The notes under the pieces: model-generated
Seen by the model: only the letters and a program-made list of their open reading frames with translations
Told to the model about the DNA's origin: nothing
The model's database searches: none
In this document: positions 9,822 through 19,174 of the stretch, piece by piece
Layout: each line of letters opens with the position of its first letter
Position numbering within the stretch: the stretch's first letter is position 1
Assembly (NCBI GenBank): GCA_035500675.1
Contig: DATJXA010000183.1
Location: forward strand, 5,949 to 69,948
Length of the DNA stretch: 64,000 nucleotides
Source of the DNA: Bacteroidota bacterium
Lineage (GTDB): Bacteria > Bacteroidota > Ignavibacteria > UBA10030 > UBA8401
Direction of reading: 5' to 3'
Made by a program: the position numbers and the translations under genes

Positions 9822-11273
9822 ATGGCCCTCACCATTTATAATACGTTGTCGCGTTCAAAAGAGGAATTCACGCCGCTCCATGAAGGACGCGTTGGAATGT
9901 ATGTCTGCGGACCGACGGTCTACAGCGATTCTCACATCGGACACGGCAAGAGCTACGTCTCCTTCGACGTCATCGTGCGATACCTTCGGTACCTCGGTTA
10001 CAAAGTACTGTATGTCCAGAATATCACGGATGTCGGACACCTTCTCGACGACGGTGAAGACCGCATGCTTAAGCAATCGCGCATCGATAAGATCCATCCG
10101 ATGCAGATCGCCGAGAAGATCACGCGAAGTTATTTTGACGACATGGACGCGCTCAACGTGCTGCGCCCCGACATTTCGCCGCGGGCTACGGGACATATCA
10201 TCGAGCAAACCGAGATCGTAAAAGAGCTTCTCACAAAAGGATACGCGTACGAGGTTAATGGTTCCGTCTATTTCGACGTGCGCAAATTCAAAAATTACGG
10301 AAAACTTTCGGGCCGGTCGGTCGATGAAATGAAAGAAGGAACCCGCGTCGAAGTGAAGTCGGAAAAGCGCAACCCCGAAGATTTTGCTTTATGGAAAAAG
10401 GCCGAGCCGGAACACATCATGCGTTGGCCGAGTCCATGGGGCGACGGATTTCCCGGCTGGCATATTGAATGCTCGGCGATGTCGATGAAGTATCTTGGCG
10501 AGACGTTCGATATCCACGGCGGAGGCCTCGACAATCAGTTTCCTCATCACGAGTGCGAGATCGCTCAAAGCGAGAGCGCGACCGGCAAACATTTCGTAAA
10601 ATATTGGGTCCACAATAATCTTGTAACCGTCAACGGCCAGAAGATGTCGAAGTCTCTCGGCAATTTTGTGACCCTTAAAGACGAGTTCAAGAAATTCGAC
10701 CCGATCGTTGTCCGTTTTTTCATCCTCCAGAGCCATTATCGCAGCACGCTCGATTTTAGCGAGCAGGCGATGGAAGCATCGAAGGTCGGTCTTTCGAAGC
10801 TGAACAACAGCGTCCGAAAATTACGCGAGATGAATGATTTTGCGAAGCGGGCGTCCTCGTTTGGAATGTTCGAAAGAGACCTGACTCCCCTCCGTAATGG
10901 ATTCCTCGAAGCGATGAACGACGATTTCAACACGCCGAAAGGGATTGCTATTTTATTCGAGCTTGTTTCCATCGTGAACGAATGGCTTGCTCCCGGAATG
11001 CTTCCCAATGAAGCGACGCTTCATGAAGCGTTGAGCCTGTTTGATGATTTTGGGTCGCGGATCCTCGGCATCATTCCAACCGAGACGGTGGCAACCGATG
11101 CAGGAGACGCGGCGACGGAAAAGGGACTTATGGAATTAATTCTTGGATTACGAAAACGCGCAAGGGCGGAGTCCCAATGGCAAACCGCCGATGCAATCCG
11201 CAAAGGCCTCGAACAGCTTAATATTAAGATAGAAGACAGCAAAGATGGTACGACAACATGGAAAAAGGCATAG
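9822..11273 (+). CDS. cysS: Cysteine--tRNA ligase
   Basis: 483 aa. Class I motifs HIGHGKSY and [21 protein letters not shown] and [19 protein letters not shown] blocks. Confidence 0.97.
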   Translation: MALTIYNTLSRSKEEFTPLHEGRVGMYVCGPTVYSDSHIGHGKSYVSFDVIVRYLRYLGYKVLYVQNITDVGHLLDDGEDRMLKQSRIDKIHPMQIAEKITRSYFDDMDALNVLRPDISPRATGHIIEQTEIVKELLTKGYAYEVNGSVYFDVRKFKNYGKLSGRSVDEMKEGTRVEVKSEKRNPEDFALWKKAEPEHIMRWPSPWGDGFPGWHIECSAMSMKYLGETFDIHGGGLDNQFPHHECEIAQSESATGKHFVKYWVHNNLVTVNGQKMSKSLGNFVTLKDEFKKFDPIVVRFFILQSHYRSTLDFSEQAMEASKVGLSKLNNSVRKLREMNDFAKRASSFGMFERDLTPLRNGFLEAMNDDFNTPKGIAILFELVSIVNEWLAPGMLPNEATLHEALSLFDDFGSRILGIIPTETVATDAGDAATEKGLMELILGLRKRARAESQWQTADAIRKGLEQLNIKIEDSKDGTTTWKKA

Positions 11274-11360
11274 AATCTTTATACATTGAAGAGGAATATG
11301 GCCTTCTTTCGTGTAAACTTCCGGGCCATAGATTCGTCTAACCAATTGGAAGGAATATCA

Positions 11361-12122
11361 GTGAAAAGACTGCTATTCGCTTTTACAGTATTCGTCGTTC
11401 ATTGTTCATTGATAGCTCAGATTACGGCCGGCGATGCTGCAGATATCGAGCCGCGCTATGTTATCGACACACCCACAGCCGGGCTTTTGAAACGCGGAGC
11501 GTTCGCGATGGATGTGGACTTTTTCCAAAACGGCGGAATGACCGTTGGCCTCTCGGCCGGCGCGCTCGATAGATTGATGTTCGGCATTTCATACGGCGGG
11601 AGCGGAATTATCGGACAGGGAAATATTTCGATGCAGAAGCTCCCGGGAATCAACGTGAAGTACCGGTTGATCGATGAAACAATAGCGATGCCTGCGATCG
11701 CGTTCGGGTTCGACTCTCAAGGCAAGGAAACCTACATCGACAGCACCGAACGGTTCAAGATCAAATCGCGCGGGTTTTTCGCTGCAGCAAGCAAGAACTA
11801 TTCTTTAGCAGGGAACCTGAGCATTCATGGAGGGACAAATTACAGTCTTGAAAACAAAGACGGCAACAAAGCTCTCGATTTTTTTGCAGGAGTTGAAAAA
11901 TCCCTCGGCTCGGACATCTCTCTGCTCTTTGAGTACGATTTTGGACTGAACGACAATATCGGCGTTGTCGGGCGCGGGCGCGGATATCTCAACGGAGGGA
12001 TACGCTGGTCGTGGGGGAATGGATTTACCCTTGGCGCTGACCTCAAGGATCTTGTGAAAAATCAAGACCACGTGACGGTGGGGAACAGGACGATTAAAGT
12101 AGAATATGTGCGGACGCTGTAG
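11361..12122 (+). CDS. Signal-peptide protein, probable outer-membrane beta-barrel, unknown family
   Basis: GTG 11361 lies 6 nt after GGAAGGA and gives the signal peptide VKRLLFAFTVFVVHCSLIAQ. The track start at 11286 is an alternative. Alternating beta-strand-like pattern rich in G/S/N/Y. No family recognised. Confidence 0.45.
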   Translation: MKRLLFAFTVFVVHCSLIAQITAGDAADIEPRYVIDTPTAGLLKRGAFAMDVDFFQNGGMTVGLSAGALDRLMFGISYGGSGIIGQGNISMQKLPGINVKYRLIDETIAMPAIAFGFDSQGKETYIDSTERFKIKSRGFFAAASKNYSLAGNLSIHGGTNYSLENKDGNKALDFFAGVEKSLGSDISLLFEYDFGLNDNIGVVGRGRGYLNGGIRWSWGNGFTLGADLKDLVKNQDHVTVGNRTIKVEYVRTL

Positions 12123-12216
12123 CCCCGCATGGTAAGACCGAGTTCTAAGGAATGATAAGCTTCCTCACGATGTTAAGATTATAAGATCTACTATTGGACA
12201 AGAGAGGAAGGAAACT

Positions 12217-13182
12217 ATGATGAAAACCACCCTCAAATTTTCAGGACTGCTGATAGCGGGATTTGTATTGGCGGGATGTTATACACAATTACAGACTGCT
12301 AACGATGAAGATCCCGGAAGCCGCGATCAAAGTGATTACACATCGGGAGACGTTTCAGACACGACCAGCGACACCACAAGTGCCAACTATTTTTCCGACG
12401 ATACATATCGAGAAGAGCAATATCGCACGGCGTTCGATTATTACTATCCACCACCTTACGTTTGGGGAGCTGATTATGCTTACGATCCGTGGTATGATTA
12501 CTCATGGAACGGCTGGGATTATTGGTATGGTTCCGGACTTTGGTATCCGACGTTAGTGTATCCATTTCCGTACTGGTACGCCCATTACAATCGCTATCCA
12601 TATTATGGGTATGGCTACGGATTCGGGTACGGATATTGGGGTGGCGGCCATGGGGGATATCGAGGCAGAGGGATTGCGGGCAGAACAAGAACAACCGGCA
12701 TTTCTCGCGGCGACATCGGAAATTATCGAATGCGTGGAGAGTCCGTTACGCCCTCGGGCGCTCAAGCTGCCGGAAGTGCAGTAAGGTCGAGGACTTCAGC
12801 GACGACGGCTCCAGTTACGGCTTCTTCATCGGCCGCTTCTCGCAGCAGGTCGCGGAATGAAATCCCATGGTGGCAACGGATGAAAAGCTCGGAACAAGCG
12901 TCGTCTGAGAACACTCGTGCACGATCAAGTCGCGAAACAGCGACAACCTCCCCTCGGCGTAACGCTGTGCGGTCGGAACGTATCGCAAATAGACAACAAG
13001 CCAGAAGGAATTACTATCGTCCATCGTCTGCGGGGAGGGCGAATTCTGAACGAGTACAACGAGGTCGATCCGCTCCCGCGTCGCGTCAGGGATCGCCGCG
13101 GTATTCTTCACCACCCCGCTCCGGAGGCCGGAGTGCAGGCGGTGCGGCTAGAAGCGGCGGAGGAAGGTCAAGGAAGAATTGA
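12217..13182 (+). CDS. Lipoprotein with a Tyr/Trp/Gly-rich block and an Arg/Ser-rich disordered tail
   Basis: Lipobox ..FVLAGC. Aromatic block YYYPPPYVWGADYAYDPWYDYSWNGWDYWYGSGLWYP..YGYGYGFGYGYWGGGHGGYRGRG, then about 150 aa of R/S/A/T-rich sequence. No recognised family. Confidence 0.6.
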   Translation: MMKTTLKFSGLLIAGFVLAGCYTQLQTANDEDPGSRDQSDYTSGDVSDTTSDTTSANYFSDDTYREEQYRTAFDYYYPPPYVWGADYAYDPWYDYSWNGWDYWYGSGLWYPTLVYPFPYWYAHYNRYPYYGYGYGFGYGYWGGGHGGYRGRGIAGRTRTTGISRGDIGNYRMRGESVTPSGAQAAGSAVRSRTSATTAPVTASSSAASRSRSRNEIPWWQRMKSSEQASSENTRARSSRETATTSPRRNAVRSERIANRQQARRNYYRPSSAGRANSERVQRGRSAPASRQGSPRYSSPPRSGGRSAGGAARSGGGRSRKN

Positions 13183-13211
13183 TAGCGAAGAAAAATATTC
13201 TGTATAGATAT

Positions 13212-13841
13212 ATGTTGTACCTCTGCGCGATAGGAATATTTTCGCTTAGCGGCTGCTACACGGTTTTGATGCATCCATCGGTTCTGACAAAATCGGAAGA
13301 CGGCGATGGATCGACTCAGAATACTCAAGGTGATTACACAGCATCTGATATTTCCTACAATCAGAATTGTCTTTCGTGCCATAGCCAGGCGGAATTGGAC
13401 GACAGATATTACGATATGCAAAGCGTTGGGATGGTCACGGCTCATGGACTGGATGTAGATCCTTACGGATGGCGAAATCCTTCCGCCGGCGTTCCGTGGT
13501 GGTATGACGCGACTGCTCCGGTTCCGTCCACCGCCGTCTCCAAGACGTCCTCGTCTTCGGCAAGTTCAAGCGGTCCACACACACGAAAAACCGGAGAAAC
13601 GCGGGGAGGCGATGGGTCTCCCGCAGACGGAACAGTTCAGGCATCGACATCTTCAACCACTACAACGTCGCCTGCCAGCGCACCGACTCCCTCGGCTGCA
13701 AGCGCAGGCGCTCGAGATCGTTCGGGGATGGAAACATCGCAGTCTCCGACCGATCGGACACGAACAACGACCACTCCTTCAGCTCCAACCCCGCCGGATG
13801 ACCGGAAAAGGGGCCCTAATCGAGGCGATGGCGAGAATTAA
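13212..13841 (+). CDS. Putative mono-haem c-type cytochrome lipoprotein with a Ser/Thr/Pro-rich tail
   Basis: ATG 13212 gives MLYLCAIGIFSLSGC (lipobox). TTG 13179 is the alternative and overlaps the upstream stop. One CxxCH site (CLSCH, codons 13368-13382). The C-terminal ~100 aa are S/T/P/R-rich. Confidence 0.55.
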   Translation: MLYLCAIGIFSLSGCYTVLMHPSVLTKSEDGDGSTQNTQGDYTASDISYNQNCLSCHSQAELDDRYYDMQSVGMVTAHGLDVDPYGWRNPSAGVPWWYDATAPVPSTAVSKTSSSSASSSGPHTRKTGETRGGDGSPADGTVQASTSSTTTTSPASAPTPSAASAGARDRSGMETSQSPTDRTRTTTTPSAPTPPDDRKRGPNRGDGEN

Positions 13842-13858
13842 GAAGAGGCAGGACTCCA

Positions 13859-15325
13859 ATGAAAACAAACCGAATAGCATTACCAGCTTTTTTAGCAAGC
13901 GTAATTTCCATAGTCCTTTTTTCAACCGCACACGCTCAATTTCCTGAAGACGCGCTCCGCTATTCTTCGACGGGGATCGGGATAGGCGCGAGAGCCATAG
14001 GGATGGGCGGGGCGTACATCGGCGTCGCCGACGATTATAGCGCGACGTTTTGGAATCCGGCCGGGCTTGCTCAAATGAGAAGGCTCGAATTCACCGGCGG
14101 ACTGGCCAACACAAGTTACTCGAATGACGCATCCTTCTTCGGCAACTCGGCGACTGCAACAAATTCCGCCACGACGCTGAACGATCTCGGGTTTGTATTT
14201 CCGTTTCCGACAGACCGCGGTAGCTTGGTTGTTTCGGCCGGTTACAACAGGACGAACGATTTTACTTCCGCACTTTCTTTTGACGGATTTAACAATCAGA
14301 GTTCTATTCTCCCGTATTTGTTCGACCCCGACGTCCGGTATGACATTCCTTACGGAGTAGGGTTAGAGGATGTGAACGAACACATCAACGTTACCAAAAA
14401 CGTCAACCAACAAGGAGACGTGCGGGAAAGCGGCGGCATGGGCAACTGGGCATTTGCCGGTGCGATCGACGTCCAGAAGGATCTTTCGTTTGGCCTGACG
14501 GTAAACGTCCTCAGCGGAAGTTATACTTATACTCGCAACTATACTGAAGCCGATACAAAGAACCTTTACTCCGACCCGCGGCCGGTAGTACCGATCGATT
14601 CGGCATATTTGAAATTCAACAACTTCTATTATAACTCGACCCTCACAAGCGATGTCTCCGGAGTGAACGCGAAGTTCGGCATGATGTACCGGTTCGAAGA
14701 TGTCGCCCGAATAGGCGTGACCATTCAAACTCCGACAACGATCAGCGTTCATGAGAACTATTCCGACGAGGGGTGGAGCACGTTCGACGATGGCTATATT
14801 CCGGTCGATTCCGGAGGAACTGTGTACAATCATCTAGCGTACGACGCATACAACGATTACAGCGTTGAGACGCCGTGGGTTTTCGGTGCCGGCGCTTCTT
14901 ACTCGCCGTTCGATGGACTGCTTCTATCCGGAGCCCTCGAGTACACGGACTGGACCCAAATTCAATGGGCGGATAATTCCGACCTCGAACAAGAGAACAT
15001 TGCGTTAAAGAAAAATTTCCGAGCTACAACAAACTACTCTGTAGGGGGTGAATTCGAAATTCCGAAAACGGAACTTCGAGTTCGGGCAGGGTATGCCTAT
15101 AAGCCATCCCCGTTTGCAGGTGATCCCTCTTCGTATGCCCAGAAGACGGTAACGGCTGGACTGGGTGTGCTCCTTCAAGATGATGTCATGTTCGATCTTG
15201 CCGCAGCATTTGGGTCGACGAAAGCCTACGACAACAATTATGGTCCTGCCGCGAGCAATTTATCGCGAACCGACGAAAGCATTTCGACAACTAACGTCTA
15301 TTTTACAATCTCATACAGGTTTTAA
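13859..15325 (+). CDS. Outer-membrane beta-barrel protein, FadL/PorV-like
   Basis: 488 aa. Signal peptide ..LFSTAHAQ. N-terminal motif GARAIGMGGAYIGVADDYSATFWNPAGLAQM as in FadL/PorV-type barrels. Ends ..YFTISYRF (terminal aromatic). Confidence 0.6.
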   Translation: MKTNRIALPAFLASVISIVLFSTAHAQFPEDALRYSSTGIGIGARAIGMGGAYIGVADDYSATFWNPAGLAQMRRLEFTGGLANTSYSNDASFFGNSATATNSATTLNDLGFVFPFPTDRGSLVVSAGYNRTNDFTSALSFDGFNNQSSILPYLFDPDVRYDIPYGVGLEDVNEHINVTKNVNQQGDVRESGGMGNWAFAGAIDVQKDLSFGLTVNVLSGSYTYTRNYTEADTKNLYSDPRPVVPIDSAYLKFNNFYYNSTLTSDVSGVNAKFGMMYRFEDVARIGVTIQTPTTISVHENYSDEGWSTFDDGYIPVDSGGTVYNHLAYDAYNDYSVETPWVFGAGASYSPFDGLLLSGALEYTDWTQIQWADNSDLEQENIALKKNFRATTNYSVGGEFEIPKTELRVRAGYAYKPSPFAGDPSSYAQKTVTAGLGVLLQDDVMFDLAAAFGSTKAYDNNYGPAASNLSRTDESISTTNVYFTISYRF

Positions 15326-15391
15326 ATGAACCGTGCCGCGTCGCAGACTGCTCTGATTTTTTAAGACCCCCTGATGAATTAACGTCAGGCT

Positions 15392-15430
15392 AAAAAAGCG
15401 TGAATGAATTGTTCACGCTTTTTATTTTTG
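15392..15430 (+). terminator. Intrinsic terminator after the barrel gene
   Basis: agcgtgaa (15397-15404) / ttcacgct (15412-15419) stem with a 7-nt loop, flanked by an A run and tttttattttt. Confidence 0.7.
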
Positions 15431-15760
15431 CTTCGCAGCGAGGAGACAGATAAGGGGCTTTTTTTAGTAATCTCGTCACCCATCTCTATCGATAAAAAAC
15501 ACACGCCACCACCTTCTTTCCATTTTCTTGGAAACTTTACTCTATCTTCTGAGAAACATTTTCCAGAAAAATTTATATCATCCCCCCATATTTATATTTT
15601 CTTCGTGTTTTTAACGTTCTTTTTTTGCTTTAAAAGTCATACCAATGGCACACATATTGCGACCTTCTTGCTCACGAAGTCCAACTAAAGAGGCACAAGA
15701 CGGGCTTTAGAATTCTGAGGTTTGGAGCTTTTTATGAAATTTTGTAATCTGGAGATAACA

Positions 15761-17863
15761 ATGAAACGATTCTTTACAACTTGCAAAGTGCTAGCCGCTG
15801 GGATCTTGTTGGCGTTTCCTTTCTCAGAGGGGACAGCACAAACGGTCGTTGCAAAAATCCAGGCGATGTCGCCGGGACGATTGACGACGATCGGGAAAAG
15901 CAGTAATATTGCCACAACAGGTTTAGGGGTAGTCGGCAAAGGCTCGAAGGTCTATTTGTATGCAGACACGACCGGGTCTGGCGCGACGACAGTCTCTTCC
16001 TATGCGTGGACGTTCTTTTCGAAACCCTCGGGTTCATCAGCGGTATTTGACAGCGCAACCAACAGGTACACAAGCTTTACCGCAGACACGCTTGGGCAAT
16101 ACATTGTTCAAGTTTCTGTTAATGGCGGCGCGAAGACCGCGCAGGAGACCCTCTTTGTAAGCACGTATGTTGGATATTCGGGCGGAACTGTCGCATGTGC
16201 CACTTGTCATGCCAGCAACACCACAAGCTGGAAGGCGACCGGTCATGCGATGATTTACACACAAGGAATTATGGGCCAACTGGAAGTCAACACTGCCGGT
16301 TTAGGTACTTACAGCGGCAGCTGCTTTAAATGTCATACTGTGGGATGGGATCAAAATGCTAACAACGGAAATTTCGGATACCTTGCACACCAAACAGGTT
16401 GGGATACATCCTGGTACAAAGGGAAAGCGAAATCCGGAAGCTCTTATCTTATCATCAATGGAGACTCTTCGATCTACAAAAACATGGTAAGCAATTATTC
16501 TTCGCTTGTACCGCTTGCCAACATCGGATGCGAGAGTTGCCATGGGCCGGGGAAAGATCATTTAGGCGATGCAAGCAAGATCGGAAAGTCTCTTGATGCA
16601 GGCGTGTGCCAATCGTGTCACGATGCGCCGCCGCGTCACGTGTCGGGAACATATTGGTCTCTGTCAGACCATGCGACGATGCCGCTCGCAGGCACCGACG
16701 CTGTCTCGACGAGTTGCTTTCCATGCCATAGTGGAAGTGCATTTGTGAAATGGGTCAGCGACGGCAAGCCTGCAACAGACGCCAACTGGAGCGCAGCCGC
16801 AGATGCAAGCTATCCAATTACATGTGCCGTGTGCCATGATCCGCACAGTGCCGCCAATCCGAATCAGCTTCGCACTGTCAGCGTGGACACTTTGAAGAAC
16901 GGCTACCGGGTTCCGGCAGGCCTTCTTGGCGAAGGTCAACTTTGCATGAATTGCCATCGGTCGCGCTACAACGTGGCAACAAGAGTCACCACGAAAGCTC
17001 CTTACTATGGATTCGTAGATCACTATGGCCCGCACGGAAACCCACAGGCGGACATGCTGCTCGGCCAAAATGGATACCAGTACGGCGACTCATCGCTCAC
17101 TGGATTAACGACCCATACTGGTCTTACCAATGGATGCGTCACCTGCCATATGACGGGCGACAACCATTCCCTCGCAATGACCGACACGACGGGCGGCCTG
17201 CATGATGTCGTTGCAGCCTGCCAGACTTGCCACGGCGCTGGAATTACAAAATTCGATGACATCAAGGCCTCCTATGATTACGATCGCAACGGAAAGATCG
17301 AAGGAGTCCAAACAGAGGTTGCAGGTCTCCTTGCGGAATTAAAAGCCAAGCTGCCTATCGACATCAACACGGGAGAACCGACACTCGCGCTCAAGGACAG
17401 CCTTTTAGTGAAGAATCGGCCGGACCTTGTGCAGGGAATTTACGTGTATACGTTTGTGAAGAATGACGGAAGCATGGGAGTCCACAACGCGAAGTATGCC
17501 GTGTCCCTTCTTCAGACAGCGCTCGGCTTCTATCCTACTGGAGTGAAGGTTGTTAATCAAGCGACTCCGTCGACCTTCGAATTAAGCCAGAACTATCCAA
17601 ACCCGTTCAACCCGTCGACGAATATCGAGTTTTCGATTCCTCGCACGGCGACGATTCATTTGGACGTGTATAATATTCTCGGCGAATTGGTCACGTCGCT
17701 CGCAAACGGCGACATTGTTTCCGGCAATTACAAAGTAACGTGGAACGGAACGAACAACCATGGGCAATCGGTCGCTAGCGGTATTTACTTCTACAGACTT
17801 GTCGTTACTTCCAACGGAGCTCCGCAATTCGTTACGACAAAGAAAATGTTGTTGACTAAGTAA
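15761..17863 (+). CDS. Nine-haem c-type cytochrome with N-terminal Ig/PKD-like domain and T9SS C-terminal sorting domain
   Basis: ATG 15761 after GGAG gives the signal peptide MKRFFTTCKVLAAGILLAFPFSEGTAQ. Nine CxxCH sites (CATCH, CFKCH, CESCH, CQSCH, CFPCH, CAVCH, CMNCH, CVTCH, CQTCH). The C-terminus ..LSQNYPNPFNPSTNIEFSIP..SGIYFYRL..KKMLLTK is a Por secretion tail. Confidence 0.9.
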   Translation: MKRFFTTCKVLAAGILLAFPFSEGTAQTVVAKIQAMSPGRLTTIGKSSNIATTGLGVVGKGSKVYLYADTTGSGATTVSSYAWTFFSKPSGSSAVFDSATNRYTSFTADTLGQYIVQVSVNGGAKTAQETLFVSTYVGYSGGTVACATCHASNTTSWKATGHAMIYTQGIMGQLEVNTAGLGTYSGSCFKCHTVGWDQNANNGNFGYLAHQTGWDTSWYKGKAKSGSSYLIINGDSSIYKNMVSNYSSLVPLANIGCESCHGPGKDHLGDASKIGKSLDAGVCQSCHDAPPRHVSGTYWSLSDHATMPLAGTDAVSTSCFPCHSGSAFVKWVSDGKPATDANWSAAADASYPITCAVCHDPHSAANPNQLRTVSVDTLKNGYRVPAGLLGEGQLCMNCHRSRYNVATRVTTKAPYYGFVDHYGPHGNPQADMLLGQNGYQYGDSSLTGLTTHTGLTNGCVTCHMTGDNHSLAMTDTTGGLHDVVAACQTCHGAGITKFDDIKASYDYDRNGKIEGVQTEVAGLLAELKAKLPIDINTGEPTLALKDSLLVKNRPDLVQGIYVYTFVKNDGSMGVHNAKYAVSLLQTALGFYPTGVKVVNQATPSTFELSQNYPNPFNPSTNIEFSIPRTATIHLDVYNILGELVTSLANGDIVSGNYKVTWNGTNNHGQSVASGIYFYRLVVTSNGAPQFVTTKKMLLTK

Positions 17864-17886
17864 GATCTAAACGTAGTCGCATTCAA

Positions 17887-17923
17887 GGGCTGGTGTGATA
17901 TCTGCACCAGCCCTTTTTATTTC
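17887..17923 (+). terminator. Intrinsic terminator after the cytochrome gene
   Basis: gggctggtg (17887-17895) / caccagccc (17905-17913) stem followed by tttttattt. Confidence 0.78.
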
Positions 17924-18151
17924 CTTCCGGACTTTCCCAATGTTTGAAAGTCCTTGAAACAGAACCGGTTTGACCATAAACACATTCGAGGGTGTATCTG
18001 ATCGAAATTTTCAAATTTGTCCTCCATATTTCCCAAAAAGGCAACTTATTTCAAATAATATCAGCCGTAGCCCCTTTATTGATTGTCGCCCCTCAATTGG
18101 CTATATTTCACTATTTGCCGGTTGTTATCCGTAATACCTCAAGGCCCATAC

Positions 18152-19147
18152 TTGGTCACTTTCTCCGAAGCCCGACTAACTCAACTGCTGGAGCGATTCA
18201 AGAAACGACGGATCGCCGTTATCGGCGACGTTATGGTCGACAACTATGTTTGGGGAGCGGTTCGCCGTATTTCCCCCGAGGCGCCCGTTCCGGTCGTTGA
18301 AGTGGAAAAAGAAACCGTGCGACTCGGCGGAGCGGCGAACGTCGCCAACAACATCAAATCGCTTGGCGCTGAACCGTTGCTTATCGGCGTCGTGGGCGAC
18401 GACGCAAACGGCGATCTGTTGACAAAACTTCTTATCGAACAAGGCTGTCCAACGATGGGGATCATCCGCGACGGATCTCGGCCGACGACGATCAAGACTC
18501 GCGTGATCGCCGACAGCCAGCACGTCGTTCGTTTTGACAACGAATACAGGGGGAATATTGCCGGGTCGGTTCAGGACCGGTTGTTTAAGCTTCTCGATGA
18601 GAATATCGACACGCTCGACGGCATTATCCTTGAAGATTACAACAAGGGAGTCATCGTTCAGTCGTTGATCCATCGCATTATCGCGGCAGCATCTGCAAGG
18701 AAAAAGATTATCAGCGTCGATCCGAAATTCCAGAATTTCTTTGAGTATAAAAACGTCTCTGTTTTTAAGCCCAACAGAAAAGAGACAGAGGAAGCGCTCG
18801 GAATAAAGATCGAAACGGAAAAAGAAGTCCGCGACGCTGTCGAAATGCTTAAGACCAAACTCAACGCAGAAAATATTCTCTTGACACGGGGTGAGCAGGG
18901 AATGAGCCTTTTAGACACCAACGGGCTCATTGAACACCTTCCCACGCGTGCGCGTCACGTTGCGGACGTTTCGGGAGCCGGGGATACCGTCATCGCTACA
19001 TTGACTGTCGCACTTGCCTCGGGGGCGTCGATCCACGAGGCAGCAGTGTTAGCGAACTTCGCGGGGGGGATTGTGTGCGGCGAGGTCGGGATTGTGCCAA
19101 TCATGCCGGAGATGCTCTTTTCGGCGATCCTCTCTCATCAATCGTAA
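18152..19147 (+). CDS. hldA: D-glycero-beta-D-manno-heptose-7-phosphate kinase (RfaE domain I, stand-alone)
   Basis: PfkB-type kinase (RIAVIGDVMVDNYVWG.., ADVSGAGDTVIATL). Both TTG 18152 (homologue-like length) and TTG 18083 (track) are possible starts. The stop is firm. Confidence 0.8.
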   Translation: MVTFSEARLTQLLERFKKRRIAVIGDVMVDNYVWGAVRRISPEAPVPVVEVEKETVRLGGAANVANNIKSLGAEPLLIGVVGDDANGDLLTKLLIEQGCPTMGIIRDGSRPTTIKTRVIADSQHVVRFDNEYRGNIAGSVQDRLFKLLDENIDTLDGIILEDYNKGVIVQSLIHRIIAAASARKKIISVDPKFQNFFEYKNVSVFKPNRKETEEALGIKIETEKEVRDAVEMLKTKLNAENILLTRGEQGMSLLDTNGLIEHLPTRARHVADVSGAGDTVIATLTVALASGASIHEAAVLANFAGGIVCGEVGIVPIMPEMLFSAILSHQS

Positions 19148-19174
19148 CGCTAAGTAGTATTTGCCGGGAATCTC

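Noticed and set aside
15404-15688. 94-aa ORF in the spacer upstream of the multihaem cytochrome gene
   Set aside because: It starts inside the terminator hairpin and has no RBS. The sequence is pyrimidine-rich low complexity (F/L/S/I). It is more likely promoter or 5'-UTR DNA.
17929-17953. Second hairpin ggactttc...gaaagtcc downstream of the cytochrome terminator
   Set aside because: It has an 8-bp stem without a T-tract, directly after a strong terminator. There is insufficient evidence for any function.
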